This document shows, piece by piece, positions 21,119 through 33,917 of a stretch of DNA of 64,000 nt. The DNA is taken from positions 79,856,001 to 79,920,000 of the forward strand of contig CM069133.1 in NCBI GenBank assembly GCA_035221665.1, given 5' to 3'. Origin of the DNA: Okamejei kenojei. Lineage: Eukaryota. Positions within the stretch are counted from its first letter, which is position 1. Every line of letters starts with the position of its first letter. The position numbers and the translations under genes are program-made. Under the pieces are notes generated by a model, which was not told the origin of the DNA, did not search any database, and was given only the letters and a program-made list of their open reading frames with translations.

Positions 21119-24100
21119 TTACTCAAATAGTCTCAATAGTTGAGACTCGGAACTGATGGAGTTACCCAGCAGGTCTGTGTTGATTCAGATGGTCCCTGCG
21201 AACGGTGCAGAGATTTGTGTTGGAACTTTCCTTGCTTGTTTATATTACCGAGTCACATTCTGATGCCACCGTACCATGAAGAATGCATGGCTACTTGATA
21301 ATAAACGGTCATGTTGAAAAGAATAGGAAGTGAGTCCCAATCTCGTACACAGGATATGGGATATTTCATTGGATAAAACTGTTGTTTATACCATTACAAT
21401 ATGATGAGGTGTCTTCTGGACAGGCCGCAATTCTGAACAGTCAGCACTCAGCAGTGGGTTTACTTGTTTCCGAGGGTTTTTTTAGAGAAGTCATTAATTA
21501 ACTACTTTCCCTCTTAATAGTCCTCTTAAGTCTGTAGTTTAGCATCTCATGAGCATAGCTTACCTTGACAATTAAGATGGTGAATATTGCGTAAGAAGAG
21601 GGGCAGGAATTTGTACATGTAAACGAGATTAAAGAGAAAGTTAAAAAAGAAAATCTTGAATTAAGATGCGCCATGTTGAACAAAGTAAGGTTAAAGAAGA
21701 TGCATTACTAGTCAATCAGCAGCCAAAATGATTAATGTTTCTTGCCTGATTCACCATCATATGTGAAATGAATATGCTTCTCATTTGATGCTTTTTCTGT
21801 TTGACTCAAATTTTCAGCTCCTTTTTTTTACTATATTCACAAGATGCTGAAGAGATCTATTAACCCTCAGGTCATTATCTATTAGATAGCTTTAGTCCCT
21901 GATTTGCTCTGCTTGCCTGTGATCACATTCAATGCAAATTTTGTTTCAACATGGAGCCATTTGAACCATGATTTCTTTCCACTGAACTTCATTTTTTTAA
22001 TAAAATGGTACACTAAACGAATAATAAGCCAGCCTTTGAGGGAATAACCAGAGGCATTAATCTGCTTTGTATGCATATGTGGTGTTGAAGCATGTGTAGA
22101 ATCTATTTTGATGTGTATGTACGACTTACATTTCAGTGTTTCATTTTGTATAAGCGTGCAACACAGATTAACGAATTTGCCTGTTAGTTTATTGAAAGCT
22201 AATCAATTTGTCCTGTGTTTGACCTTTTGTGATCACAAAGGAAAAAAAGGTAAACACAAAAATAAATTAAGAGTAGAGAATATATCACAAGGTAACAAAG
22301 AAAAGAATTGGGCAATAAAAGCGATGGGATCATGAGGAAAAATTGGAACATTGTGGCAGGTCTTTTGCTGAGGTCTATGTAGCTTTGCCGATGGAGCGAT
22401 TCCCTCACGGAGTCACTGGCAGAGTGCCAATTTCATCAGACTTCCCAGCTCTCTGCTGTGGAAATCTACCTGCTGAACCTGTGCCAGTTAATCTTGGCAA
22501 GAACAATGTTCCCGTTAAAATAAACAGGAGAAATCAGCTAAGAGAAAATGTAATCAGAGCTTTTCATTTGATTCAATTTAATTAAGTTGGTTTATTTTTT
22601 TTTTTAGTTGGCTCATGTCCTATTTAGTCTTTTGACTATTGGGGGAAAAAAGTGTATTTTGCAAGTGTATAGGTCCCTAGAGTAATGTAATGTTCAATAT
22701 CAATGAATGTTTGAACAGTCCTGAGCTGGGGGTGGAAAGCTGTGCAAATAAAAATACATCAGTGCAATGGCATTATTAGAAAAAGCCAAGCACATGATAG
22801 TGCGAGAGCTAGACTGTGATGTTTTGATGTCAGGTAGGAATGTGCTTCCACTTGAGGATATTGAAAACAAGTTCATAGTTGGAATCATTTAGAGGCACAG
22901 CATGGAAACGGGTCACTTTGGCCGACCAAGTCCATGGTGACCATCAACCTCTCACTTACTGATCAGGGGTAAATGCTGATAAATCCAGTCAATAATTAAG
23001 ACAAAGTCTTCCAAGAGTGGTTAAAATGCGGCATTTGCAATCACATTAGGTTTGTGAGGAAAATAAGGATGTATTTAAGGGGAAACTGGATGGACAATAG
23101 AATAAAAGAGTATGTTGATTGGCTTTGATGAAATGTGCTGACAGAAGATTGAGCAACAGATGAAAGACTTGTTCCTAGGCTATATGTTCCGTGTAATTCT
23201 AGATAAGCACAGTCAATTAAAAAAGCAAAAAGTTTGTATTAGGAACTCAGTGCTGTGCTATAGCAAGGGCAAGATATGCCCATGGGCAAGATATAGGTAA
23301 GATATCTTGGCCAAGATATCTACGATATGGCAACAACAGGCTTCAGAGAGGTTACCACTTAGACAACGGCAGGTAGATAAAAAGAAAACCAAAGCAAGAA
23401 GAATGGAAAAATGTTGTCATTATTGAGAAACACGGTTACCAAATGCACAAAGATCAATCATCCATAGTCAAAGAAAAACATCTCTGCTTTGGAGAAAACA
23501 ATCCAAGTCTATTCAACCTCTTCCTATAGCTGTAACCCTCTAATGCATGCTGCATTCTGATAAACCTCCTCTCCAAAACCTCCACATTTTTCCTGTAATG
23601 GGGCAACCACAACTGTAGGCAAAACATCAAATTTACTTCATAATTTTTTTATATTTTTGTTTTTGAGTGATTCCTGCTTTTTTTTACTTTCCATTTTATT
23701 CCATTTTGTATTACGCTCTGCAGGTTTAATTTCCACAAATAAAGTCGGTGTTTTTGAGACAATAATGATTAAAAAAATAAAGTTTTTCCAATCATTGTTG
23801 ACTCATGGCTCCAAATAAAAGAGAATGAAAAATAAACAAAAGGACCGTTGAGATTTGCCTGCTTGAAAAAAGGACTGTTGTATGAAAGGCAGCCTGTTTC
23901 ATAAGGGAATGTTCAGTCACTTTAGAATATTATTCATCAAGATGGGAAAAACACTGCTTTGCAAATTAAAGCACTGTACTTTCTCAGGCATAATCGGATT
24001 ATTCATAGCACGTTAAGCAATTTGTAACTAGTTACAAACGTGAATGTTCACATCTCAATTAAGTACAAAAACATAACAAAGTTTGGCTCCTAAACAGCTC

Positions 24101-24214
24101 CTATTTTTGGAAGCACCGCATATGGTGCACATGTAAACATTTTAATGGAATAAAAGTAAATGTGCCTACCATTTTGTAATAATTATTAACATCTTTATGT
24201 CAATCAGGAATGTG

Positions 24215-24540
24215 TTTCAGTTAGAGATACAGCTGGACCCACTGAGTCCATGGCGATGTTCGATCACCTGTTCATGCTGTTATCCCACTTTCTCTTTCAC
24301 TCAATGCACACGAGGGGTAATTTTATTTTACAGAGGTCAATGAACCTACAAACCCTCAGGTCTTTGGGATATGGGAGAAAACTTGAGTACCCTTAGGAAA
24401 CCCAAGCACCCAGAGGAAACCCACGCGGTCACAGGAGAATGGAAACTCCACACAGACGGCACCCGAGGTCAGGATCCACCCATGATCCACCCATGGCCTC
24501 TGGCATTGTGAGGCAGCAACTCTATCAGCTGTACCACTGT
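24215..24540 (-). mobile_element. tRNA-derived SINE (HE1/V-SINE-like)
   Basis: Minus strand has a tRNA-like head, tgtggagttt..ctcctgtgaccgcgtgggtttcct core and CR1-like tail. Confidence 0.8.
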
Positions 24541-26307
24541 AATGTATGTGCACAGGAGACATGAGACATTGCAGCTGTTAGAATCTGGAGTTACAGTGTG
24601 TTGGAGGAACTCTGGTCTAGCAGCTTCTGCGGAGGGAAATGGACAGTCAATGTTTTGGGTTGGAACTCTTTATCTGACCTGTCCAGATGAAGAGTCCCAA
24701 CCTGAAATGTCGACTGCCATTTCCCCCCTTGTATTAATGTGCACTGTTCGTTCAAGCCAGTCACTAACAGGCTTGATTGGAATTACCTCCCCCATGGAGC
24801 AGAGTCAACACAAATTAATGAAAATAAATTGCATTTGACAAATCTATGAACATTTTTATAGATTGTAAAAGCAGCACACATAATGTCAGTGAATAATAGT
24901 GTATTTCAATTTTATGAAAGCCTTTATCAAGGTGATGTATAAGAGGTCATTAAAAATATTTAGTAATCTGGTATAGATTAGGATTGGTCAATAATTGAAA
25001 AGCACAGGAGCTTTAAATGGATGGTATTCATATTGGGAACTTTTGTTTATGGGGTACCCTGGCTGTTTTCAATCCATATCAATGATTTAAATCAGATGCA
25101 ATATATCACAGCTTGCTCATGATGTAAAGCTGCGGTAGGCCATGCTCATGATGAGTGAGCTGTGGTAGGCCATGCATGATCTTACTGAATGAGTGACATA
25201 TTGGGTCGGGATTTCACCTAATAAAACCATCTCCGCTCCACACCATCAGTCTGGAAATGGGCCCCAACACAAAATGTCATCTGGCCAGTTCCCTCCACAG
25301 ATGCTGCCTGACCCATTGAGTTCCTCCAGCAGTTTTGTTTTAGTTTTTGCTCAATATGCTAGCATCTGTAGTCCCTTGCATCTCCACGAAGGATTGAATT
25401 TTTTTCTCAGTTCTAGTAGTGTTAAAATCCTATTTTACAAACCACACCCGACAATTGTTTGAAGATGAATCCAGGCTCAGAACGTCACCCATCCTTTTTC
25501 TCCAGAGATGCTGTCTGACCCGCTGAGTTACTCTAACACTTTGTGTCTATCTTCTGTATAAACAAGCAACTGCAGTTCTTGGTTCCTACAATTGGACACC
25601 ATTGTTGGGCAAGCAATCATGTCCAATACTAAATCCTTAATTTTTGTAATTTTAGAAATACTTAGCAATTACATTCCATGGTATATTTTCTTGAATCAGT
25701 TGGAGCTCTTCAGCAGTGGTGGTGAAGGAAATTGTTAAAAAATCATTAAATTGTTTGAAAGCCTTTCGTGATCATGACGCAATCCCAAAATCTTGTGCCA
25801 GAATTATATGTCCTGCAGCCAATTTACAATTCCTTAGTCTCTGATATATCCCAGATATATCCAGAGGTCTGGGAATACATTCAGGATATAACTACAAGAT
25901 TCCATGCATATCTGAAATGTGTCTCACATCTAACGCTGATTCATGTGGGATCTGTCTCCCAAACCACTAGACAAGCATTTCCTATCCTAGCCAGATTGTA
26001 AATGTTAAATTCATGTTTCTGCAGAACAACAAGATGAAACATTTAGCTAAATTCATACTTGAGATGAGATGATAGGGCAATTGTTTCGTATGCCAGATTG
26101 TGTGCCACATTGTTTCTGTTCTTGCAAATCAAGCACCCATCATGGAAACAGTCTGATATGTTATTTATTGCAGGTGAGAGCAAATACTACGAACAAACAC
26201 ATGGAAAATAAGAACAGGAGTAGGCCCTTCAAGTCTGTCATGCCATTCCAGGAGCTAGACCCAGTGACATGGAGCAAATGATGATTTATGTGATATATGC
26301 CAGTGAC

Positions 26308-26584
26308 ATGGATGGCACAGCGGTTGAGTCACTGCCTTACAGTGCTAGAGACCCGGGTTTGAACCTGACTATAGGTGCTGTCTGTACTGAGTTTGTACGT
26401 TCTCCATGTGACCGAGTGGGTTTTCTCCAGGAGCTCCGGTTTCCTCCCACATTCCAAAGACGTACAGTAAAAAAATTGTAAATTGTCCCTAGTGTGTAGG
26501 ATAGTGCTAGTGTGTGGGGTTCATTGGTCAGCACAGACTTGGTGGGCTGAAGGGTCTGTTTCCATGCTGTATCTATAAAACTAA
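26308..26584 (+). mobile_element. tRNA-derived SINE (HE1/V-SINE-like)
   Basis: A/B-box-like head ggcacagcggttgag...gggtttgaacc, core gagtttgtacgttctcc..gtgggttttctcc, tail gaagggtctgtttccatgctgtatcta. Confidence 0.85.
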
Positions 26585-27253
26585 GACTCTGAGATGGGAT
26601 GGTATATGATCTGAGGGAAGCGTGCAAGTGGTGTTTCATTGCCTTTGCAGTGATTATACTTGGTCATAGAGGTAAGAGGTTTGGGATTAGGCAGAGTAGC
26701 CTGTTTCAGTAACTGCATTGGATTTTGTACGTGATACATACTGCAGTCAGGACATGTCACTTCATTTGTTGAGAACCAGCAAATGGAATTGGACATTGTG
26801 CAATTATCAACCAACAATCCCCTTCAATACTACATCTGAGATGTATCTATCTTCACAATATTTGCTGTATCTGGTGTTCTCAGTCATTTGGTACCTGTAT
26901 TGGTCATGTGTACCGTGATGCAATGAAAAACATAATTCCTTGACTTGCCGGGGACTGGCTTCTGTGATGGTGGAAAGCTTGGGGTGGGGGGGGACCAAAT
27001 GGTTGTTCCACTTAGCACTCCCAGCAAAACTTTGTAGTTAATGCTTCAACCTTTCCTTTCGCACCCAACCCGAAACATTGCCTATACATGTCCTCCAGAG
27101 ATACCATCTGACCTGTTGAATTACTCATGCATTTTGTGGGGTTCCCCCATCCCTCCAGTATCTGCAGTTTGCTTACAGTTAGGTTTAATACTTTTGGATA
27201 CAAAGTGTTAAAGAAAGAAAATTAAAAAAATATGAAATAATTGTTCATGAGTG

Positions 27254-27481
27254 TGTCCCGGCGCCTGCTAGCGCACGCTGATATCGAACCCGGCGTTCGG
27301 AAGCCGTGGTCATGTGACTCGGGAGGGGCTGCTGGTTTCGCGCGGTTTTTCCCTTGCGCACGTTAGTTCAGTGCTGACCACCATTGTGAGCAGACGTGTC
27401 TTTAAAGCCGGTATGCTGGAGATTGAGCTTCCGAATAAAGATCTGTTGAAAACTCCAGTAGTCGTTTCTCAGACTGCTAGA
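27254..27481 (+). repeat. 5' LTR
   Basis: Direct repeat of 29720-29947; TG start, AATAAA, followed by the PBS. Confidence 0.92.
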
Positions 27482-27899
27482 TTGGTACCCCGACCTGTCT
27501 AGCCGTCGTTAGACAAGAAAAATTATGCAGGAAGAAAATATTCCCGCAGAATCGGCCAGCACAAGGCACAGCTCACCGGCCTTCAAACTGCCAGCCTTTT
27601 GGCCTGATCAACCTCAGGTGTGATTCGCCCCATGTTGAGGCACAGTATCATCTACATCGCATCAACAACGACGACACCATGCATCTTCACATGGTGGGAG
27701 CGGGAACAGATTTCAGTGACCCGCAGCGGCTTGCTGAGAGAGCTGATGAACTGTGGGCGCACACGCGATGGGACTTTTACGCTCTCGCCTGCCCCCTGGT
27801 CACACAACAGGTGTAGCCGAACCGACATCGGGAGGAAGAAGAGACCCAGCCCAGCGTCGAAGATGAATCGCCGCAGGTAGTGGTCTACAGTCAACGCAG

Positions 27900-28373
27900 A
27901 TGGTGCTACTACCACCAACGTTATGTACCCGAAGCCCGAAGATGTCAGAGCCCTTGTTCGTTTCTGGGAAACGGCCAGGCCGATCGTCAATAGAAGCGAA
28001 CGCGATCGGCCCCAATGTATGCCTCTTCGTCCGCGATCGCCTTTCCGGCCACCGTTTCTTGGTGGACTCCAGTGCCCATGCTAGTATCCTACCTCCAAGT
28101 ACCCGAGACGTTCATGCTGGTAAGGTGGGACCTGTCCTCTCGGCCGTTAACGGGAGCGATATTCGCACTTACGGGGCGTGGACTGCGAATCTAAATTTCG
28201 ACTCCCGCCAGTACAGGTGGATGTTTATCGTTGCTGATGTCGCCCAACCGATCCTAGGGGCCGATTTCCTGCGCGCGTTCTCCCTGTTAGTCGATGTGCG
28301 GGGTGATCGCATGGTCCCTGTGTCGGACTCACGCCCTGCCAAGCCGTACCCCTACAGCAATTCGTCGAGGTAG
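27900..28373 (+). pseudogene. Gypsy gag zinc-knuckle / aspartic protease remnant
   Basis: 'LFVRDRLSGHRFLVDSSAHASILP...ILGADFL'; overlapping frame gives 'WCYYHQRY..EARRCQSPC'. Confidence 0.85.
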
Positions 28374-28616
28374 CTGAGGTTCAGCAACCTTTCGCAGCCC
28401 TGCTCGCCAACTTTCCAGGGTTGCTCACGCCCCGGTTCGACGGGGCCACGCCCCGTCATGGCGTGGTCCACCACATTCCCACCGAGGGCCGACGGTACAT
28501 GCCCGCGCACGCCGTCTCCTGCCTGATATACTGCGCATCGCACGAGACGAGTTCCAACTTATGGAGGATATGGGAATTGTCCGGCGGTCAGATAGCCTTG
28601 GGCTTCCCCGTTACAC

Positions 28617-28933
28617 ATGATGCCCAAAGCGTCCAGGAGCTGGAAACCTTGCGATTACAGGCGTTTGAACACAGTAACTACAGCCAACCGGTATCCAGTC
28701 CCGAACATCCAGGATTTCTCGGCCCATCTGGAAGGTGCGACTATCTTCACGAAGGTCGACCTTATCCGCGGGTATAATCAAATCCCGGTCCACCCCGACG
28801 ACGTCCCTAAAACGGCCACCATTACCCCTTTCGACCTTTTTGAGTGGCTCAGAATGCCTTTTGGCTTGAAGAACTCTGCTCACGCGTTCCAAAGGCTAAT
28901 GGATCAGGTCGGCCGGGGTTTGCCATTTATTTT
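28617..28933 (+). pseudogene. Gypsy RT N-terminal remnant, ending before YxDD
   Basis: 'DYRRLN......RYPVPNIQD....L.GATIFTKVDL..GYNQIPVHPDDVPKTA.ITPF..FEWLRMPFGLKNS...FQRLMD'. Confidence 0.9.
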
Positions 28934-29500
28934 ATGCATCAAAATACCGCTTATCACCCGGAGTCTAACGGGTTGGTTGAGTGTTTCCATAGGCACCTTA
29001 AGTCGGCATTAAAGGCCCGACTCACCGGCACTGTTAGGGTCGACCAGTTACCTGGGTCCTCCTGGGCATCAGAACAACGCCTAAGGAGGACCTCAAAGCC
29101 TCCTCGGCCGAGTTGGTTTATGGCTCGGTTCTGCGGATTCCCGGGATTTCTTGCCAGTCCCCCGGGACCAGGAGATTTCTACCTCACAGTTGTTGGCGGA
29201 CCTTTGCGAGCGGGCGCGCGCTTTGGTCCCGGTTCCCACTTCCCGGCATGGTTCGTCTTCGGTGCATGTGCCTACTGTGTTACGGGATTGTGCTTATGTT
29301 TTTCTTCGTAGAGACGCTCATTGTTCGCCGTTACAGCAGGTGTATGAGGCTCCATACAGGGTGCTCAGTACTGGTGTCTCGACATTCACGTTGGACATGG
29401 GTGGCAAGGAGCAATTTGTCTCCGTGAGCCGCCTTATGCCTGCACACGTTGACGAGGATAGCCCAGTGACAGTGTGTACTCCACGGCGTAGAGGACGTCC
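28934..29500 (+). pseudogene. Gypsy integrase C-terminal remnant
   Basis: 'TAYHPESNGLVECFHRHLKSALKARL', then 'YVFLRRDAH..PLQ..YEAPYRVL...VSVSRLMPAH' (GPY/F-like module). Confidence 0.85.
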
Positions 29501-29719
29501 ACCTGCTGTTTTGCTGCCCTCTGCACCTGTTTCCTCCGGTCGTGTTTCTCCGGTCCCTTTTGTTACGCTCCTCCCTCGTTCGCGTTTTTCGCACCCCTCT
29601 GGTCCTGTTGTGCCGGTCCCAAATGTTACGCTCGCCCCCGGACCTCGGACTACAGGTTCCAGTCGTACAGTCCGTTCACCCGTGCGTTTCCGTACCGCGG
29701 ATTCTGGGGGGGGGGGGCA

Positions 29720-29947
29720 TGTAGCGGCACCTGATAGCGCACTCAGATATCGAACCTGGCATTCGGAAGCCGCAGTCATGTGACTCGGGAGGGGCTGCTG
29801 GTTTTGCGCGGTTTTTCCTTTGCGCACGTTGGTTCAGCGCTGACCACCGTTGTGGGCAGACCTGTCTGTAAAGCCTGTATGCTGGATATTGAACTTTCGA
29901 TTAAAGATCTGTTGAAAACTCCAGTAGTCGTTTCTCAGACCGCTAAA
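29720..29947 (+). repeat. 3' LTR
   Basis: Direct repeat of 27254-27481, preceded by the PPT. Confidence 0.92.
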
Positions 29948-30238
29948 AGTGACAATATTACCACTGAGTTTACGTTTGTTCAAAAGGTGGAATCTGAATC
30001 AATGCTTGAACTAACCTGCATTCGTACAGAATCCTAACAAATTAATCAATTGTGTCACCTTGAAAGTCTTGGCCACTGATTTCATTTAAATGTTGGTTCA
30101 ACCCACTGAAAGGCTAGTATGTACACAGTTCAGTATTTAAGATGAAAACTCCAAGTGAGACAACAACAAGGAAGCAAATATCAGCAACATTTGTTGTGAG
30201 CCCTTAGCAGAGAATTTATTGATAAATAGATCCAAAGA

Positions 30239-30436
30239 TAGAAACATAGAAACATAGAAAAATAGGTGCAGGAGTAGGCCATTCGGCCCTTCGAGCCTGC
30301 ACCGCCATTCAATATGATCATGGCTGATCATCCAACTCAGTATCCTGTACCTGCCTTCTCTCCATACTCCCTGATCCCTTTAGCCACAAGAGCCACATCC
30401 AACTGCCTCTTGAATATAGCCAAAGAACTGGCCTCT
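30239..30436 (-). mobile_element. CR1 3' end, same subfamily as 12704-13735
   Basis: Near-identical to 12706-12897, including the (TTTCTATG)n tail. Confidence 0.9.
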
Positions 30437-31244
30437 CTCAATTCTGTCCTTTCTTTTCATCCTTGAGGGTTCAGTCACTTACAGTGAACTAACATCAAAG
30501 GAAGATAATAAAACACAAAGAATATTTGGAAAGACAGAGATTGCCTTTAAAGAGAGATTCTCTGATTGCCTCACTCCATGTGGGTCAGCGAGCATTTAAG
30601 ATTCTATTTTTGCAAAAGAAAATATGATAATTCAACCAGCTCAATTGATTGAAGAAAGTACAATGGGCCTTTTGAACCGTATCTTTTCTTGAAAAATAAA
30701 TAGGATGGTTGATTCAAAGAAACATAAAAGCTGTAGGGATGTGACAGCAACTATAACGACATGGTACCACACTCCAGTGTCTGCTCCTGTTTTATCCCAA
30801 TGTGCAATTAACTGTGTCTAATCTTGTCAGTCCTGTCCAATATATGTCAGACTTGCCAAATGTAAAATACACTGGTCCTGGCGGAGATATAATCACAAGG
30901 CAATTATGCAATACAGAGCACTTAAACCCTTACATCTGGGTAAAGAAACATTGTATTCACATAAATTTGAATCAATAAAATCGGTGCCAAAATATTCAAT
31001 AAAATTAATGCATACCACACGTGCAGCCAGAAGAGCTATATTTCTGCCAGCAGTATTTTTTAATGAAAAGCATGGCAAGCCCCCAGTGCAAGAACTATAT
31101 AGTGTGATTTTAATAAGCAGTGGCAGGATGTGGGTAAAGCTGTGAAGCATTATGAGCTAAAGCCACATCCGTTGCTGTCTATTCTAAACCAGGAGTGCAC
31201 CACAAACTGTGCCTTCACCTTCAGCTCCTCGTGTACAGACTATG

Positions 31245-31515
31245 TACAATAGAGTTGCTGCCTTACAGTGCCCGAGACCTGGGTTCAATCCTGCCCACGG
31301 GTGTTGTCTGTACAAAGTTTATACATTCTCTCTGTGATGGGGTGGGATTTCTCCAGGTGCTCTGGTTTCAACCCACAAGTTGTAGCTTAATTGGCTTCTA
31401 TAAATTGTCCCTAGTGTGTAGGATAGCATTAGTCTTTGGGTGATCGCTGGTCGACGTGGCTCAGTGGACTGAAGGGCCTGCTTCTATGCTGTATCTCTAA
31501 AACAAAATAAACTAA
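31245..31515 (+). mobile_element. tRNA-derived SINE (HE1/V-SINE-like)
   Basis: agagttgctgccttacagtgcccgagacctgggttcaatcc...gaagggcctgcttctatgctgtatctctaaa. Confidence 0.8.
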
Positions 31516-31754
31516 AGAGTAGGTCCTTGAAGAAGGCATCAGATCAAGCAATGTTTATAACAGTGCATTAGTTAGTGTTTTGGAAAAATAATTAAGAAAA
31601 ATGACTGCCCGTTACAAAAAACTCAGTAACATATAGACAGATAAATTTTGAAATGCAAAAACGATAGCAAAGAAAATTAAAAGGGAAGCCAAAGAAGTAT
31701 AATGGGCATCGTGACTAACCTAAGCCTTCTGCAAAGGGAAGAAGGATGAGACAG

Positions 31755-32000
31755 CAATGCGGTTAGTAGAGCTGGTTTTGGTCCTGACCTTTACTGCTGT
31801 CTATGTGAAGCTTGCACATTTTCTTCCAAATGCTCCAGTTTCCTGCCATGTTCCAAAGATGTGTAGGTTAATTGGCTGATGTAAATTTAGCCCTCGTGTA
31901 GGTGAGTGGCAGTGAGTAGTTCTTGAGAATGTGGGGTGAATTAAACGCTTACATGGACCGACTGGTTGGATGGGCACATTACTCTACTGTATCTCTCTAT
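31755..32000 (+). mobile_element. Decayed SINE of the same family
   Basis: ctgctgtctatgtgaagcttgcac...ccaaagatgtgtaggttaattggc...ctgtatctct. Confidence 0.6.
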
Positions 32001-32439
32001 AAGACAGAAAGACATAGCCACATATTGAAACTTTGCTTGAATTGATAGAACTCTGCATGATTTTAACATGACTGAATGATCATGAGAATAGGAGCATGAT
32101 AAACAAATTGAAGGTATCTGTGAATATTATTGCAATAAATAACATATAAAACGTTTAATAATCTACTTCCAGAATTTATGATAATTGGCTAGAACAACTG
32201 AATGCTACCATCGAGCTAGTAGCATCAGTGTGGAACTATGCATGTCCTACCTTGAAAAAAGCTGTAAAATTGTGATTCTTGGAAGAATCAAACATGTATC
32301 TCCTGAATAAGAATTTGGTAGAGTAAGCTTGTGCTGGCCTACTAAGATGAAAGGAGGAATAGAGGGAAGAAATGAAAGGGGACGTCAATTTCATGTTCGG
32401 CAAAAAATGGATGAAGGGACCTGCGCCACAGAATCATCA

Positions 32440-32650
32440 GTTCAGACAGCACGGAAACAGGCCTTACAACCCAATGTACTTGTTGACCAAGATCCCCCAT
32501 CTATGCTTGTTTCACCTCCCTATGTTTGACCCATATCCCTTTGAACCTCTTCTATCCATGTACCTGTCCAAATGTCTTTTAAATGTTATTATACTAGCTG
32601 CCTCTACAGCCTCCTCTGGTAGGTCTGTCAATGTACCCTCTACCCTCTGT
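32440..32650 (-). mobile_element. CR1 3' fragment
   Basis: 'LPEEAVEAASIITFKRHLDRYMD'. Confidence 0.75.
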
Positions 32651-33792
32651 GGGTCGAAACCCTGCATCAGTCCTAATGCAAGGCTTGTACCTGAAACGTT
32701 AGCAATTGCTTTGCCAGTTCCTCCAGCAGATAGCTCATTATTCATTTTGCAGAATGGGGGCCTACTCCTGCTATTTTCTTGTGTTCCTGTAAACACTTGA
32801 CTAGAGCTTAAATGTTTGCATTCTTGGGTATAAGGCTTGCGTTTTCCTAAGTACCCTTACATTTCAACCATTTTGACAAGGAAATGGAGCAGAGGATAAC
32901 TTTGAGTGCTCAGTTTACTGTAACTATATGTGCAACAGCCAAAGGGATGAATTTACTGGGCTATGGGGAGATAGCAGTAGAGTAGTATGAGCTGGGATAA
33001 ACAACTGCCACTAAGGATCAGATGGTCCCAAATGGTGGCTCCTTGTGCTGCAACCATTCAGTGACTTCTTAAACTCTTTGTGCATTTTGGTGTGTCAGTA
33101 TCACAATCCAATTGTTAGTAACTTTTGGCGGGCACTGCACCAATTAAAAACACTCTGTCATGGAGTTAAAAGAGTTGGATTTCTTCACATTTAAAATAGA
33201 GAGCAATTGGAGGTGACATAATCTAAGTGTTTTAAATCATAAAACTGGAAATGAATTTTGCTGGCTCAGGAAAAGAGATGCAGGAATATAACTAATCAAC
33301 TGAGGAAACCTGATGCTAGGTGCAGTGTGGAAAGAGTTCCCCAGGCACTCTTCGTAGCAAAATCATAAATATTTATTTTAAACGGTTAGCAATTTTACTA
33401 CATTCCCATGTATCAGATCAGACCCGTTACAGATTCTGAGCAGGTTCAGAGATTTAAAGGAAGTTAGATTTGTGATTCAGCAGGGAGATAAGGACTGCAG
33501 GTCTGGTACCAGGCAGAAGACTGAGCACATTCTGTAAGTAGACCTGGTTAAGTGAGAGCATCAGACCATCTCGTCCCAAATTGCTAATTTCTGATGTTTG
33601 TCCTTATGATTGGTCCAGGGAAGATCCATTTACAGTATGGCTGAATGCTCTTAACAACAAGGACTGCGTTTGAAAATGGGTGCAGCACCATTGAGAAATT
33701 CAGAAACAATGTTTTATTTTATCTCCTGAAACATGTTTTAAAAAAAAAACAAATTAATAACATGCATATCAGCATCCAACACACCCTAACAA

Positions 33793-33917
33793 TCAGGGTC
33801 TTGACCCGAAACGTCACCCACTCCTTCTCTCCAGAGATGCTGCCTGTCCTGCTGAGTTACTCCAGCATTTTGTGGCTATCTTTGGTTTAAACAAGCATCT
33901 GCAATTCCTTCCTACAC
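33793..33917 (+). mobile_element. Short PLE terminal unit starting inside the hammerhead core
   Basis: agggtcttgacccgaaacgtcaccc...gcatctgcaattccttcctacaca. Confidence 0.8.

Larger units (their letters stand above)
27254..29947 (+). mobile_element. Gypsy/Ty3 LTR retrotransposon, internally deleted
   Basis: Two 228-bp LTRs, AGTG TSD (27250-27253, 29948-29951), PBS-like tggtaccccgac (tRNA-Trp type, one base missing), G-rich PPT at 29706-29719, gag/PR/RT/IN remnants. Confidence 0.95.

Noticed and set aside
25780-25990. RTE-like LINE remnant (also ~63000-63110, ~63780-63870)
   Set aside because: Resemblance is too weak to support boundaries or family without an alignment.
26308-26380. tRNA gene
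   Set aside because: The A/B-box-like head continues into a SINE core and CR1-like tail, occurs about ten times, and forms no clean cloverleaf.
29318-29827. Antisense ORF in the Gypsy 3' region
   Set aside because: Shadow of the GC-rich integrase tail and LTR; no recognisable domain.
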